Sequence record: PQ478073.1
Direction: 5' to 3' (one strand)
DNA length: 64,000 nt
DNA from: a phage
This document shows, one piece after another, positions 29,556 to 39,067 of this stretch. The position numbers were made by a program, and so were the translations under genes. The notes beneath the pieces were generated by a model, which saw only the letters and a program-made list of their open reading frames with translations, had not been told where the DNA came from and made no database searches. Positions within the stretch are counted from its first letter, which is position 1; the number at the start of each line of letters is the position of its first letter.

Positions 29556-29975
29556 ATGTTAAATGAACGTATTAAAAATGCACTACATGTATTGAACCAA
29601 GAAGTAAATTCTATTGATAAAAGTACTGACCGTTATAAAGTAATGCATGAAATCAAACAAGAATTGGAATCTATTAATAAGGGAGAATGGTGGTATCTTC
29701 AGCCCGAATATCAAACTCGTGAATTAAACGATGTTGAAAAAGAAATTGTCAAATTCATCACTACTCGTTACTGTGATACATCAGAGAATGAGGTATCAGC
29801 GAACTTCAATCTTACTAAATTGGAAGTCGAAGAAAAATTCAATTTTGATTGGCTTGATTGGATTGAAATGGTCATGGAACTAGAAGAAAAATTCAATGTT
29901 GAAGTTGATGAAAAGTTCGAGAATAATGAAACGAAGCTGTATGAACTAGTAGAACATATTCAAAAAATGTTGTAA
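29556..29975 (+). CDS. acidic hypothetical protein
   Basis: AAGGTG RBS. Confidence 0.5.
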   Translation: MLNERIKNALHVLNQEVNSIDKSTDRYKVMHEIKQELESINKGEWWYLQPEYQTRELNDVEKEIVKFITTRYCDTSENEVSANFNLTKLEVEEKFNFDWLDWIEMVMELEEKFNVEVDEKFENNETKLYELVEHIQKML

Positions 29976-30028
29976 AACTATACAATTGTATACTCTAAAT
30001 AATATCATCAACTATAGGAGATATTATT

Positions 30029-30403
30029 ATGAGTATGTTAGAAATAATTGTTTCAAAAATTCTGATTCCATTTTGGAAACCAATTTCTTTTGTATTATTG
30101 ATTGGCGGTTCAGCTTATGCTGGTTGGGAAGCTAATACTTATTACAGTGGCTATCAACAAAGCATAGAGCAACAAATAGCTAAAAAAGTTGATACCGCCT
30201 TGGATAAAATGCAACAAGAAAATGCAAAAAATTACCTTGAAACGAAAAAAATCATGGAAGATAATGCTAAAGTTATTGAAACAAAGGTTCCTTTTATTGT
30301 AGAACGTGAAGTTTATAAGAATGTATGTTTAGATGAAGATGGTGTAAAAGTACTGAATGAACTAAAACAAAATTCTCAAGCTGCGAGGAATAAATTCAAA
30401 TGA
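30029..30403 (+). CDS. i-spanin (Rz-like inner-membrane spanin)
   Basis: N-terminal TM helix plus coiled-coil periplasmic domain; coupled to lipoprotein gene. Confidence 0.55.
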   Translation: MSMLEIIVSKILIPFWKPISFVLLIGGSAYAGWEANTYYSGYQQSIEQQIAKKVDTALDKMQQENAKNYLETKKIMEDNAKVIETKVPFIVEREVYKNVCLDEDGVKVLNELKQNSQAARNKFK

Positions 30404-30708
30404 AAAAATTATTAGTTCCGTTTATTTCTTTTTTAATTATAAGTGGATGTGCCGAACAAGTAAAACTACAATCCCCTGCACCAATTAAACAAGAAATTCT
30501 GTTAGAAAGATGTGATGATGATACACCTCTACCACAAAAAATTATGATTGACAAAAATGGTTTTAAAGGTTATGATGGTGCAGAAATTCTTAAAGTACTT
30601 ACTCGTTGGGATGCAGTCTACAATGAATGTGCTTTAAAACACGACGCATTGATTAAAACTATTCGTGATTTACAAGGTAAAGATATTAAAATCAATATCA
30701 AGGAATAA
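30400..30708 (+). CDS. o-spanin (Rz1-like outer-membrane lipoprotein)
   Basis: signal peptide with lipobox LIISGC; ATGA overlap with i-spanin. Confidence 0.6.
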   Translation: MKKLLVPFISFLIISGCAEQVKLQSPAPIKQEILLERCDDDTPLPQKIMIDKNGFKGYDGAEILKVLTRWDAVYNECALKHDALIKTIRDLQGKDIKINIKE

Positions 30709-30709
30709 A

Positions 30710-31321
30710 ATGAACAAATATCATGTTTACTATACGACAAAATTATCACTTCTTGAAGAATTAAATCAACGAAGTACTAAGATGAAACGCTACACTTTAA
30801 ATGGTATTACTTTTCGATATTTCCCACAAAAAGTTCTTACTTTTGTTAAGAATCCAAAATGCGTGGCATGTGGGATTGAAGCTACTGAAGTACGCATTGA
30901 ACGTTCATTATGTTCTGATCCAGTATATGGTAAACCACATTTAAATGTATATGCTGTATGTGGTCTTTATGAAGTTTTAATGACAGTTGACCATAATCAT
31001 CTGGCATCTAAGGGTGGACCTGATTTAGAGTCAAACTTTAATACTATGTGCTCCAGATGTAATCAACTACGTTCGAATAAAACTGAAACAGTTGATGAGT
31101 TTCTTGAGAAAGTTAAAGGTCGTAATCTTCTCCAAGAACATATGAATAATTTCTTTAATGTACAAAAAAAGAAAAATAACATTGACAAGTCGAAACTACT
31201 AGAAGAACGTAGGTTACGTCAAGAATTATGGGAAACTGATCATCTATGGCATGTTCGAGAGTTTGGTCGTCATATGAAAGCTTTGAAAAAAGAACAGAAG
31301 AAATTGAATAAACATGATTGA
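30710..31321 (+). CDS. HNH endonuclease (free-standing, homing-endonuclease-like)
   Basis: CVACG ... VDHNHLASKGG ... CSRCNQLR HNH motif; start re-placed at ATG 30710. Confidence 0.65.
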   Translation: MNKYHVYYTTKLSLLEELNQRSTKMKRYTLNGITFRYFPQKVLTFVKNPKCVACGIEATEVRIERSLCSDPVYGKPHLNVYAVCGLYEVLMTVDHNHLASKGGPDLESNFNTMCSRCNQLRSNKTETVDEFLEKVKGRNLLQEHMNNFFNVQKKKNNIDKSKLLEERRLRQELWETDHLWHVREFGRHMKALKKEQKKLNKHD

Positions 31322-31334
31322 TATGATATTATAG

Positions 31335-31363
31335 GGACTTGAGTATTCAAGTCCTTTTTTTTT
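31335..31363 (+). terminator. intrinsic terminator
   Basis: GGACTTGA/TCAAGTCC stem, T9. Confidence 0.65.
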
Positions 31364-31374
31364 GGAGAAAATAA

Positions 31375-31731
31375 ATGAAATCTAAAATCTTTTTACCACA
31401 ATTAATGTGGCATCTAGCAGAGTTAGATGAAAATGATGAATATACGGACTATGGTGCATGGGATGACAGTACTGAAACTTTTAAACCAGATGTAAAATAT
31501 AAAATCATCTGCAATGAAAGCAAAGGACACAAAAGGTGGACTGAAGAATTTGATCTCGTATTTCTTGACATGAGCACAAATAAGTTTTATCATTGTACTT
31601 ATGAACGAGGTTTAACAGAAGATAGACCAGTACAACCATTCAGTACTGAAACTGATGGTGTTAAGTGCAATGAAGTTTCTGTTACCAGAGAAGAAATTAT
31701 CACTTATCGAACTTTGTGGAAATATTTGTAA
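31375..31731 (+). CDS. hypothetical protein
   Basis: GGAG RBS. Confidence 0.5.
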   Translation: MKSKIFLPQLMWHLAELDENDEYTDYGAWDDSTETFKPDVKYKIICNESKGHKRWTEEFDLVFLDMSTNKFYHCTYERGLTEDRPVQPFSTETDGVKCNEVSVTREEIITYRTLWKYL

Positions 31732-31732
31732 A

Positions 31733-32131
31733 ATGCTTAAAGAATTAGATTTTTCAAACTTAGAAATTATCAGTGCTGTAAAAAACATTTCCGATATGGG
31801 AGATGAGAAAGCAGTTCTTGTTACTATTACTTTTGTAAAAGAAAAAGATAGCTATAGCCATTTAACTGGTATTGAAGAACTAATTCATAAAACCAATCTT
31901 GAGAATGATGGTAAACTCATCAAGCTTCAGGCTTCATATACGCAAAAAACGTCAAATTTTATAGACCTAAATAATGTAGTCAAGGTGGTATACAATCATC
32001 CTGAACACACATATAGGAACACGACAAGAAATGAAAATGTTGCTAACGATTCGAATATTATCGAAGATGTTGAATTCATAAACACAATTTTTGATCGTTG
32101 TTCTAAGGATTTAAAAAAAGTATACATGTAA
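31733..32131 (+). CDS. hypothetical protein
   Basis: start re-placed at first ATG after upstream stop. Confidence 0.4.
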   Translation: MLKELDFSNLEIISAVKNISDMGDEKAVLVTITFVKEKDSYSHLTGIEELIHKTNLENDGKLIKLQASYTQKTSNFIDLNNVVKVVYNHPEHTYRNTTRNENVANDSNIIEDVEFINTIFDRCSKDLKKVYM

Positions 32132-32132
32132 T

Positions 32133-32160
32133 GGGACATTATATGTTCCAATGATATAAT
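32133..32160 (+). promoter_or_regulatory. early-type sigma70 promoter (GGGACA N16 TGaTATAAT)
   Basis: same family as 7310, 43232, 62243. Confidence 0.6.
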
Positions 32161-32434
32161 GTATATAGAAAATGACAACGGACATTGAAAAATGGACACT
32201 GAGAACCTACTTCTCTTGAAAATGTAAAGGATAGATGAGCTTTACCGTTGTAGCGAACAGCAGAAGAAACCTGTTAGAGTACTGGCATTCAAACAAACAC
32301 GATGTAAGACCACGAATCACGGCGACACGGCTGTATAAAGAACTCCGATAAGCATACAGAGAGTTCCTAGATAGATGTATAAGGTTCGCACCTTACCAGA
32401 TTTGCTAAGGGAGTTCAAGGATAGCGGACGCAAT

Positions 32435-32467
32435 TTTTACAAGAAAGTTGCGTCCAAAATTTGAGAA
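32435..32467 (+). repeat. direct repeat copy 1 (ACAAGAAAG nnn CGTCCAAAATTTGAGAA)
   Basis: near-identical copy at 32586-32620. Confidence 0.6.
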
Positions 32468-32585
32468 CAAGTACTACTTTGATCGAATAGAGTTAGTACT
32501 GAGTGCTGTTGATGAAAAGACCAGCGACCGTTGCATATGACTGCGATAGAGAGAAACCGAGCAACCCGCTTTCGCTCTCTAAATT

Positions 32586-32620
32586 TTGGTACAAGAAAGA
32601 TCCGTCCAAAATTTGAGAAA
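32586..32620 (+). repeat. direct repeat copy 2
   Basis: matches 32435-32467 with 2-3 mismatches. Confidence 0.6.
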
Positions 32621-32658
32621 TTCGCAATTCGATAATATCCGATGCCATCATCGTCAAG

Positions 32659-32681
32659 AGAGACTTAATTGTCTCTTTTTT
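32659..32681 (+). terminator. intrinsic terminator
   Basis: AGAGAC/GTCTCT stem, T5. Confidence 0.55.
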
Positions 32682-32821
32682 ATTACCTTCATTCCCCTGC
32701 GGGGGGATGTAATAGTCCTCAACAAATCCCGTCAAGTTTTTAAAGTACATTATCATTTTCAGAAGGAACTAGTTTACGAAGTAAACGCAGTGACTTCTTG
32801 AGTTACGAGAGAACGAAGTGA

Positions 32822-33250
32822 ATGAGTAACACAACGAAAATATCCGATAAATCCGAATTAACACAAATGTTATTCAAAGAATATTTTGAGTTTCAGATAA
32901 AAGACGAACATCAATTACCACAGCAATATTTGAAAAGAATTAAAGATCCGTCAGTAATTACTAAAGAAACTAATTTTTATAATAGTATTTTGGATTTCGT
33001 TAAATCAGTTCATACAACAAGACCTATTGTAGTTTTGTTTTTTGATAAATCTATTCCTTTAGTAGTTCCTGAAAATGTATTTTTTATTTCAGAAACTGAT
33101 TTAAATAATCAAAGTACTGTAAGTAGATTAAGAAATTGCTTACTTGTAGTATGTGATTCTTCTTTGTATAATAACAGAATACTATGGGATAGAAGTAAAC
33201 GCAATGCAGTTTCTGAAATGAATCCTGAAATTACCTTTATTATTAACTAA
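32822..33250 (+). CDS. hypothetical protein
   Basis: ATG-initiated ORF. Confidence 0.5.
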   Translation: MSNTTKISDKSELTQMLFKEYFEFQIKDEHQLPQQYLKRIKDPSVITKETNFYNSILDFVKSVHTTRPIVVLFFDKSIPLVVPENVFFISETDLNNQSTVSRLRNCLLVVCDSSLYNNRILWDRSKRNAVSEMNPEITFIIN

Positions 33251-33282
33251 ATAATAAGAGAATAACTCTAAGGAGAGATATT

Positions 33283-33723
33283 ATGGAAGATATTAATGAT
33301 TTACGACACGTAATGGACTTTATCGGTAGTACTGAAGAAGATAATTCGTATGATGAAGTACTATTAACTTTTATTGAAAATAGTTTGTTTTTAAGTTCTG
33401 CTGCACATAACTGGCACTTACAATGTCATTTTTATACAAAGCATTTACAATTAGATGAACTATATAAAGAATTACCAGAATATGTAGACGCATTTGTTGA
33501 AGGTATCATGAATAATCGTGGTGCTTTACAAGTTGGAACTGGTAATAGTTATCGTTTTACACCAATTGAAGATTGTGTACCAATTCTTGAAGAATATGTT
33601 GAGCAATGTAGAGCAATTCATGATATGCTTGAAGAATCAGGTGATTACGGCAGTGTAAACACATTAGAAGATATTATGAGTTTTGTTGAAGGAACACTTT
33701 ACAAACTTAAAGTTTTACAATAA
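33283..33723 (+). CDS. acidic protein, possibly Dps/ferritin-like
   Basis: AAHNWHLQCHFYTKHLQLDELY resembles the Dps helix A/B region; weak. Confidence 0.35.
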   Translation: MEDINDLRHVMDFIGSTEEDNSYDEVLLTFIENSLFLSSAAHNWHLQCHFYTKHLQLDELYKELPEYVDAFVEGIMNNRGALQVGTGNSYRFTPIEDCVPILEEYVEQCRAIHDMLEESGDYGSVNTLEDIMSFVEGTLYKLKVLQ

Positions 33724-33730
33724 AATATAT

Positions 33731-33760
33731 GGAGAGTCATTGTGACTCTCCTTTTCTTTT
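33731..33760 (+). terminator. intrinsic terminator
   Basis: 9-bp perfect stem, T-run. Confidence 0.65.
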
Positions 33761-33771
33761 GGAGAAATAAA

Positions 33772-34389
33772 ATGAAATCTCATGATTTAGCAAAATTACT
33801 ACTATCTCAACCAAATCTAGAAATTTATCATTATGATGCAGAGAGTGACTTGCATTATCAGAATTTTGATAATAAATTAATGGTCACCCCATCTGGCATT
33901 TTCACAACGGTAAAACCCACATCAGTTTCTGAAAATGTACTTACACCATACGAAACCCCGCTCTTGGGTCATGTACAAATTTTCTTTAAGGATGGTACTA
34001 TTACTCCAAAATTGGAGGGTTCATCTATTCAAACTGTTCTTAACTTAGAATCTGGGTTGATATTTAACATTCCTTATGAAAAGCCAATTGTTTTATTAGG
34101 TAAAAATCAATCAGCACCATCAGGGAATCAAAATGCTGTTTGGTATACACCCGATGATATTGATTTCATTTCAGTACTGACAGAATATGATCCTAATACT
34201 TGGCATGAAACATGGGAAAATATGTCATATGATGAAGCAATTGAATGTGGTAAAAATTTAGCCAAAATGTTATTTCCACCAAAAAAAGAACTTTCACAAG
34301 AACAAAATGAATCATTTTCTAAAGATTTTCCTGATTCTGAATTCAATGTAAAAGTATCACCTTCTATGATTGATAAAATTGAAAAATAA
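33772..34389 (+). CDS. hypothetical protein (paralog of 35125-35709)
   Basis: N-terminus MKSHDLAKLLLSQPNLEIYH similar to MKAKDLAALLLQNPEMEVYH. Confidence 0.5.
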   Translation: MKSHDLAKLLLSQPNLEIYHYDAESDLHYQNFDNKLMVTPSGIFTTVKPTSVSENVLTPYETPLLGHVQIFFKDGTITPKLEGSSIQTVLNLESGLIFNIPYEKPIVLLGKNQSAPSGNQNAVWYTPDDIDFISVLTEYDPNTWHETWENMSYDEAIECGKNLAKMLFPPKKELSQEQNESFSKDFPDSEFNVKVSPSMIDKIEK

Positions 34390-34401
34390 AAGAGGTTGAA
34401 C

Positions 34402-34755
34402 ATGAGTGATTACCGCGTAACATCTGGACTAATGGCACGTCTTATTGAAGCAGTTCCTGAAGATGATTATGAAGCTATTTCAGATCGTCTTTTTGACGCA
34501 GATTCTAAACTCCATATTACATATGATGGTGCATTGATTTACAGTACTGATATTGATATGTCTAGTTATGAATTTGAGATTTCTTTTGGTAACAAACTAA
34601 CTACTGAAGAATTCGCTCGAAAATGTGAGCGTGAAGGATTCTGTATTGATATTAGTTCAGTTCAGCCATATACATCACTGTGGTATGATGGTGCTGATAG
34701 TCCAATGTCTACTACATCTTTACAGGATTTTCTAAATGCAAATCAAAAAGATTAA
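34402..34755 (+). CDS. hypothetical protein
   Basis: ATG 34402 with AGAGG RBS. Confidence 0.45.
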   Translation: MSDYRVTSGLMARLIEAVPEDDYEAISDRLFDADSKLHITYDGALIYSTDIDMSSYEFEISFGNKLTTEEFARKCEREGFCIDISSVQPYTSLWYDGADSPMSTTSLQDFLNANQKD

Positions 34756-34804
34756 ATTCCACCAGCATTGTTCTATACATGAATGTGATGATTGTGGTAT
34801 ACAA

Positions 34805-35128
34805 ATGAGTGACATTTATACAGTTTCCTGTAAAGGTTTCAAATTCACTCACGGTGAACCTGCTTATTGTTATGGTACAGAAGAAGGTGATATCGAAGTA
34901 GTACTGAAAGAATTGTTCCAGTACTTGCAAAGTGTAGGTCATGATGTTACAATACCCACATATTATGAAGATGATTATGATGCACATGTAGAAGAAAATA
35001 CATATTATAATCAATTCGTTTATGGTAATGGTTTTATCACATATCTACATGAGAATGGTATTGAGGTAAAAACTAAGTACACCAGTGATGATTATGATGA
35101 TGATAATTCTATGGAGATTGAAGATTGA
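34805..35128 (+). CDS. hypothetical acidic protein (start uncertain, may be 34736)
   Basis: two in-frame ATG candidates. Confidence 0.4.
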   Translation: MSDIYTVSCKGFKFTHGEPAYCYGTEEGDIEVVLKELFQYLQSVGHDVTIPTYYEDDYDAHVEENTYYNQFVYGNGFITYLHENGIEVKTKYTSDDYDDDNSMEIED

Positions 35129-35709
35129 AAGCAAAAGACTTAGCAGCACTGTTGTTGCAGAATCCTGAAATGGAAGTGTATCATGAGCACATGCACATTG
35201 ATGACATGTGTGACGCTTACTATTCACCAGAAAATGTGTCTGGTATTGAAATTACCCCTAGTGGCGTATTCATCAGTACTGAACGTATTGATTATAATTC
35301 CCAGCAAGAAATCAAAACTCCACATAATAAACCTCGCATTGGTGCTATTGACCTAGTATTTCATCAGGACCGTTTGGTAGAATATGATGAAGAAGATGGT
35401 ACTACCCGAACTGATGTTGAGAATGTAGTTTTTCGTTTTTATAATGCATACGAAGACCCAACTACTGGAGAAGATTTCTTCCGTGAGCTATTAGAGGATG
35501 GAGAAGTTTATGGTCAGGATGGTACGGTTTTTGTACTGGACCCTAACTATGAGCCAGATCACAATACATGGCAATTCTATACACCAGAAGATGTAATGGA
35601 AGTTAAAGTACTTACTGATCTTGACGATAAATGGAATCCTATGTATACTTCAATGACATATGAAGAAGCCAAAGAATACTTCGTTTCTAAACTAAACATT
35701 ACAAAATAA
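35125..35709 (+). CDS. hypothetical protein (paralog of 33772-34389)
   Basis: TTG start with GGAG RBS; paralogous N-terminus. Confidence 0.5.
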   Translation: MKAKDLAALLLQNPEMEVYHEHMHIDDMCDAYYSPENVSGIEITPSGVFISTERIDYNSQQEIKTPHNKPRIGAIDLVFHQDRLVEYDEEDGTTRTDVENVVFRFYNAYEDPTTGEDFFRELLEDGEVYGQDGTVFVLDPNYEPDHNTWQFYTPEDVMEVKVLTDLDDKWNPMYTSMTYEEAKEYFVSKLNITK

Positions 35710-35726
35710 TAAGGATTCACAAATTT

Positions 35727-36008
35727 ATGAAAATTGTTGCAAGTGCATGGATGAAACTACCAGATGGTACAACTGCTTTTGAAGAATATGGCTTTGTTGA
35801 AAGTGTCGATGAATTAAAGCGTTTCAAGAGTGAAAATGATGATGATGTTTTTGATATTGTATTTGTATATCATCATATTCCTAATGATACTGATTATGAA
35901 CATTATTATTATCATCCTGATTTGTTGGAAACACTTGTATGCGACAACTATCATGAAATTGATGAAAATACAGCTTTACTAATGTTGAGTACCGTATCTC
36001 CGGTATAA
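35727..36008 (+). CDS. hypothetical protein
   Basis: AAGGA RBS. Confidence 0.45.
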   Translation: MKIVASAWMKLPDGTTAFEEYGFVESVDELKRFKSENDDDVFDIVFVYHHIPNDTDYEHYYYHPDLLETLVCDNYHEIDENTALLMLSTVSPV

Positions 36009-36016
36009 GGAGTAAT

Positions 36017-36496
36017 ATGTATAATCTTATAATTATCCGCGAACCATATGAATCTGACAACAGTTCAACTGATGGTGAGGTTTTAGTATATCAAAGTTAT
36101 GAACAAAGTGGCATTGAACATGAATTAAAAGATTATTTACGTCAACATATATATCTATATCGTACCGAACCACGTGAACAGTATGGAGATATAATGTTTA
36201 TCGTAACTCATAATGGTGCAGTAATTGAACATGTAAATATGACAAATAACATGTATTTTCATAATTACACTGACACGTCTAAAGAATTAGGAAACGATTT
36301 CAAGTCTGTTTTCGATGCATTGCGTATCAATTTTTTTAAAAATGACAAATTCTGTACTGATATTAGATTAGAAGAAGCAAATACAAAAAAGAAACTTTCT
36401 CGAAAATACGAGAGTGATAGAAAAAAAGAACAAGAGATTCAGCGTTTACATGAATTGATGAAAAAATACCCTAATGAGGTACAACATGGCTCTTAG
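36017..36496 (+). CDS. hypothetical protein
   Basis: AAGGAG RBS. Confidence 0.5.
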   Translation: MYNLIIIREPYESDNSSTDGEVLVYQSYEQSGIEHELKDYLRQHIYLYRTEPREQYGDIMFIVTHNGAVIEHVNMTNNMYFHNYTDTSKELGNDFKSVFDALRINFFKNDKFCTDIRLEEANTKKKLSRKYESDRKKEQEIQRLHELMKKYPNEVQHGS

Positions 36497-36824
36497 AGGT
36501 TCAAATCAATATAAATGTATTGCAGAGATCAGGAAGAAAGATGGAACACTTGTAGACCGAGCATTGAAGCAAGAATATAAAGAATTACGTGATGTGGTAC
36601 ATAATGATAGTTATGGTGGGATGCGTCGTCAAAAAATTTATGAATATCTAAAGAAAGGTTTAGAAATTCAGGTTAATGGTCTTCATTGCATTCAAACAAA
36701 AAACGATCCTGATATTCTACGTTTGTTGAAAGAAGATAAGATTGAAATGTTTAATGTTCCTATTTCATTCTATGGTAATAAACTAAAATGTAAGCATACT
36801 TTCTTGAGGATTAAAAATGGTTGA
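36486..36824 (+). CDS. hypothetical protein
   Basis: ATG 36486 with GAGGT RBS. Confidence 0.45.
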   Translation: MALRGSNQYKCIAEIRKKDGTLVDRALKQEYKELRDVVHNDSYGGMRRQKIYEYLKKGLEIQVNGLHCIQTKNDPDILRLLKEDKIEMFNVPISFYGNKLKCKHTFLRIKNG

Positions 36825-37041
36825 TTCATTTATGAAAAAAATCTTTAAAAAATTACTATCTGGATTTGAAAAAGCAGTAAGTCTTATTTTCAGTTCAGTT
36901 GTAATGGTTATTACAGTACTGGTGTTTTCTCTAGTACTGCATTTTGTACCATTCTGGTTAATCTTTATTGTACTTATTGCTCTGCTAGGTGCACATGTTT
37001 ATTATGTTTACCGTGACGCATTGGATGATGATAACGATTAA
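36817..37041 (+). CDS. small membrane protein
   Basis: two TM helices; GAGGA RBS. Confidence 0.45.
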   Translation: MVDSFMKKIFKKLLSGFEKAVSLIFSSVVMVITVLVFSLVLHFVPFWLIFIVLIALLGAHVYYVYRDALDDDND

Positions 37042-37049
37042 ATGTATTT

Positions 37050-37074
37050 GACCTCACTATGTGGGGTCTTTTTT
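37050..37074 (+). terminator. intrinsic terminator
   Basis: 6-bp stem, T6. Confidence 0.45.
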
Positions 37075-37086
37075 AAGGAAAATTAT

Positions 37087-37539
37087 ATGCTTATAGAAAC
37101 AGAAACATTTAAGCGTTTTATTGACGTATGTCGTGATACGTGTTTTTGTTATCTTTCATCACAAGAACAGTTCGATGCAATGAGTGATGTGTTAGGTTAT
37201 CGCCGTTCGGTATTGATGTATTTTGATGGTCCTTTGATTGAAGTTCATGATGATGTGTATTCCCTACAATATGTATCAATTAACAATGCGTTCATTTTTA
37301 TTGCTGACTCGTACTCAATTGTAGTTGAGGAACGTGGTAAAGGTATACCAACAACACACTATATTGATTGTCAAAGAACTGATTGTGTTTATAGTTCTGG
37401 ACTAATACAAACACCAATTCCATATCCTAGCATTTATATAAACACACTCCATCAAGAAATTATTGAGTACTGTAATAGTATTTCTGATACAGATACACAG
37501 TATTTTCCTATTGTATTATTGAAAGGAGTTAGAACATGA
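37087..37539 (+). CDS. hypothetical protein
   Basis: AAGGAA RBS, ATG 37087. Confidence 0.45.
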   Translation: MLIETETFKRFIDVCRDTCFCYLSSQEQFDAMSDVLGYRRSVLMYFDGPLIEVHDDVYSLQYVSINNAFIFIADSYSIVVEERGKGIPTTHYIDCQRTDCVYSSGLIQTPIPYPSIYINTLHQEIIEYCNSISDTDTQYFPIVLLKGVRT

Positions 37540-37925
37540 GATGGCGTAAACGACACGTAAAAAGATTTGATAAAATAATCAAAAAATATTACTCACATAA
37601 GTTAGATCCAATCATACTTCAACTAAGAAGTAGTATGTTTGATAGACGTTTTCCACAGTGTTTAGAATCGTACAGTCGTAAACGTTACAAGAATGAATAC
37701 CTGGTATATCGTTATGATTTATCAGAATTCTTTTTGAATACTCGTGTATCTGTACCCATCAGACTGTACTCAAGGGTAAAACGAAGTAGGGTTCAAGATA
37801 TTACATATGGATATCTTATGATTGAAATCGACGACCTGAATGAAAAAACTGGCAGAAATTACAGTACTTTATGTCTGGAAAACCATGATTCAATAAAAAG
37901 AATCATAGAAGAGTTGGGAAAGTGA
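37536..37925 (+). CDS. hypothetical protein
   Basis: AAGGAG RBS, ATGA coupling. Confidence 0.45.
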   Translation: MRWRKRHVKRFDKIIKKYYSHKLDPIILQLRSSMFDRRFPQCLESYSRKRYKNEYLVYRYDLSEFFLNTRVSVPIRLYSRVKRSRVQDITYGYLMIEIDDLNEKTGRNYSTLCLENHDSIKRIIEELGK

Positions 37926-37954
37926 GATTTTTAGTGCTATAATTGGAGATGAGT

Positions 37955-38299
37955 ATGAAATACATCGATAAAGGTACAGTGGAGACACAGTACTGGAATA
38001 TCCATATTGCTGGTGATATTCAAACAGCAAGAGAATACACAAGAAAATTTGCGTTTAAGCATGGCTTTTGTGTACAATTAATTCCCTGTGAATATATCTA
38101 CACTGGTGGTCTTGAAAGTGGGATGTGTGCTCGTATTATTCAGTACCCACGCTTTCCAAAAGAAGAAGTATATCTCAACCGAGATGTATTAAACTATGCA
38201 AAGGGTTTAGCTGAAGAGTTGTGTCAAAAGAGCTTTACTATAGAGCGAAATAATGATACAATTTATTATGAAAGTGATGAACCTTTACACAAGAAATAA
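37955..38299 (+). CDS. hypothetical protein
   Basis: ATG 37955 with GGAG RBS. Confidence 0.45.
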   Translation: MKYIDKGTVETQYWNIHIAGDIQTAREYTRKFAFKHGFCVQLIPCEYIYTGGLESGMCARIIQYPRFPKEEVYLNRDVLNYAKGLAEELCQKSFTIERNNDTIYYESDEPLHKK

Positions 38300-38310
38300 A
38301 AGGAAAATAT

Positions 38311-38442
38311 ATGAATGGACTAAAGAAATTTGGTAAAGATTTTCTAAAATGCATACGCTACACATATGATGCAAATCCAGAAATGACTGCCATTGTGGGT
38401 GTGTTTATTACACTCGTTGTATTAAGCTTTATTGTGGTGTAA
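38311..38442 (+). CDS. small membrane peptide (43 aa, not in ORF track)
   Basis: AAAAGGAAA RBS; C-terminal hydrophobic helix. Confidence 0.3.
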   Translation: MNGLKKFGKDFLKCIRYTYDANPEMTAIVGVFITLVVLSFIVV

Positions 38443-38445
38443 AAT

Positions 38446-38649
38446 ATGATTGAAATTAATGCTGATATATATTGTAGTGCATCACCCAATTACTTCATTT
38501 ATGCACTAAGTACATTTGGTGAAACTGAAGGTGAAACTTTTGTTTTAGTAGAGAATACTACATGGTTCAAAACAAGTAATAAAATTCCGAAAGATGTTTT
38601 GGAAACATATGTTCGTATTGAAAATAAAAACATATATGTAATTTTATAG
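38446..38649 (+). CDS. hypothetical protein
   Basis: ATG-initiated. Confidence 0.4.
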   Translation: MIEINADIYCSASPNYFIYALSTFGETEGETFVLVENTTWFKTSNKIPKDVLETYVRIENKNIYVIL

Positions 38650-38656
38650 GTAACAT

Positions 38657-39067
38657 ATGATTGAAATGGAAGGAACTCTGGTGTATGATCCAGATCGTGG
38701 CACTATGAAAAAGAAGAAGGACTTCTGGTTAGTACTACAACTTCCATTACAGTTGGTTCGATACTACCAGTACTTCATCAGAACTGACTTACATATTGAT
38801 ATTAAAGACCCACAATGGGGAGCACATGTCAGTATCGTTCGTGGTGAAGTGCCACCAAATCCAGAGTACTGGAAAAAGTACGATGGAATGAAAGTAAAGA
38901 TAAAGTTCAATCCTTGTATTGAGATAGTAAAAGATAAAAAGAATCCAGGTTCATTCTTTATCATTGAATTTGAAGATGATTTCATCACACATATTAGAAA
39001 TGAACTAGGACTACCAACCAAGTACTTTAAATATCACATCACTGTAGGTAGAACTTACTACGATTAA
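38657..39067 (+). CDS. 2H phosphoesterase-like protein (two H-x-S/T motifs), candidate cyclic-nucleotide phosphodiesterase
   Basis: GAHVSIV (H57) and YHITVG (H127) motifs about 70 aa apart. Confidence 0.45.
   Translation: MIEMEGTLVYDPDRGTMKKKKDFWLVLQLPLQLVRYYQYFIRTDLHIDIKDPQWGAHVSIVRGEVPPNPEYWKKYDGMKVKIKFNPCIEIVKDKKNPGSFFIIEFEDDFITHIRNELGLPTKYFKYHITVGRTYYD

Larger units (their letters stand above)
32161..32681 (+). ncRNA. candidate non-coding RNA locus (promoter to terminator, no credible ORF)
   Basis: promoter at 32133-32160, several stem-loops, direct repeats, terminator 32659-32681. Confidence 0.35.

Noticed and set aside
32435-32620. CRISPR-like array
   Set aside because: Only two copies of the repeat, spaced 151 bp, and no cas genes; not an array.
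32161-32821. Possible tRNA or tmRNA genes in the long non-coding interval
   Set aside because: No canonical T-arm (GTTCnAnnC) with matching acceptor stem could be built by eye; the only T-loop-like stretch (GGTTCGCACC at 32384) lacks compatible acceptor and D arms.
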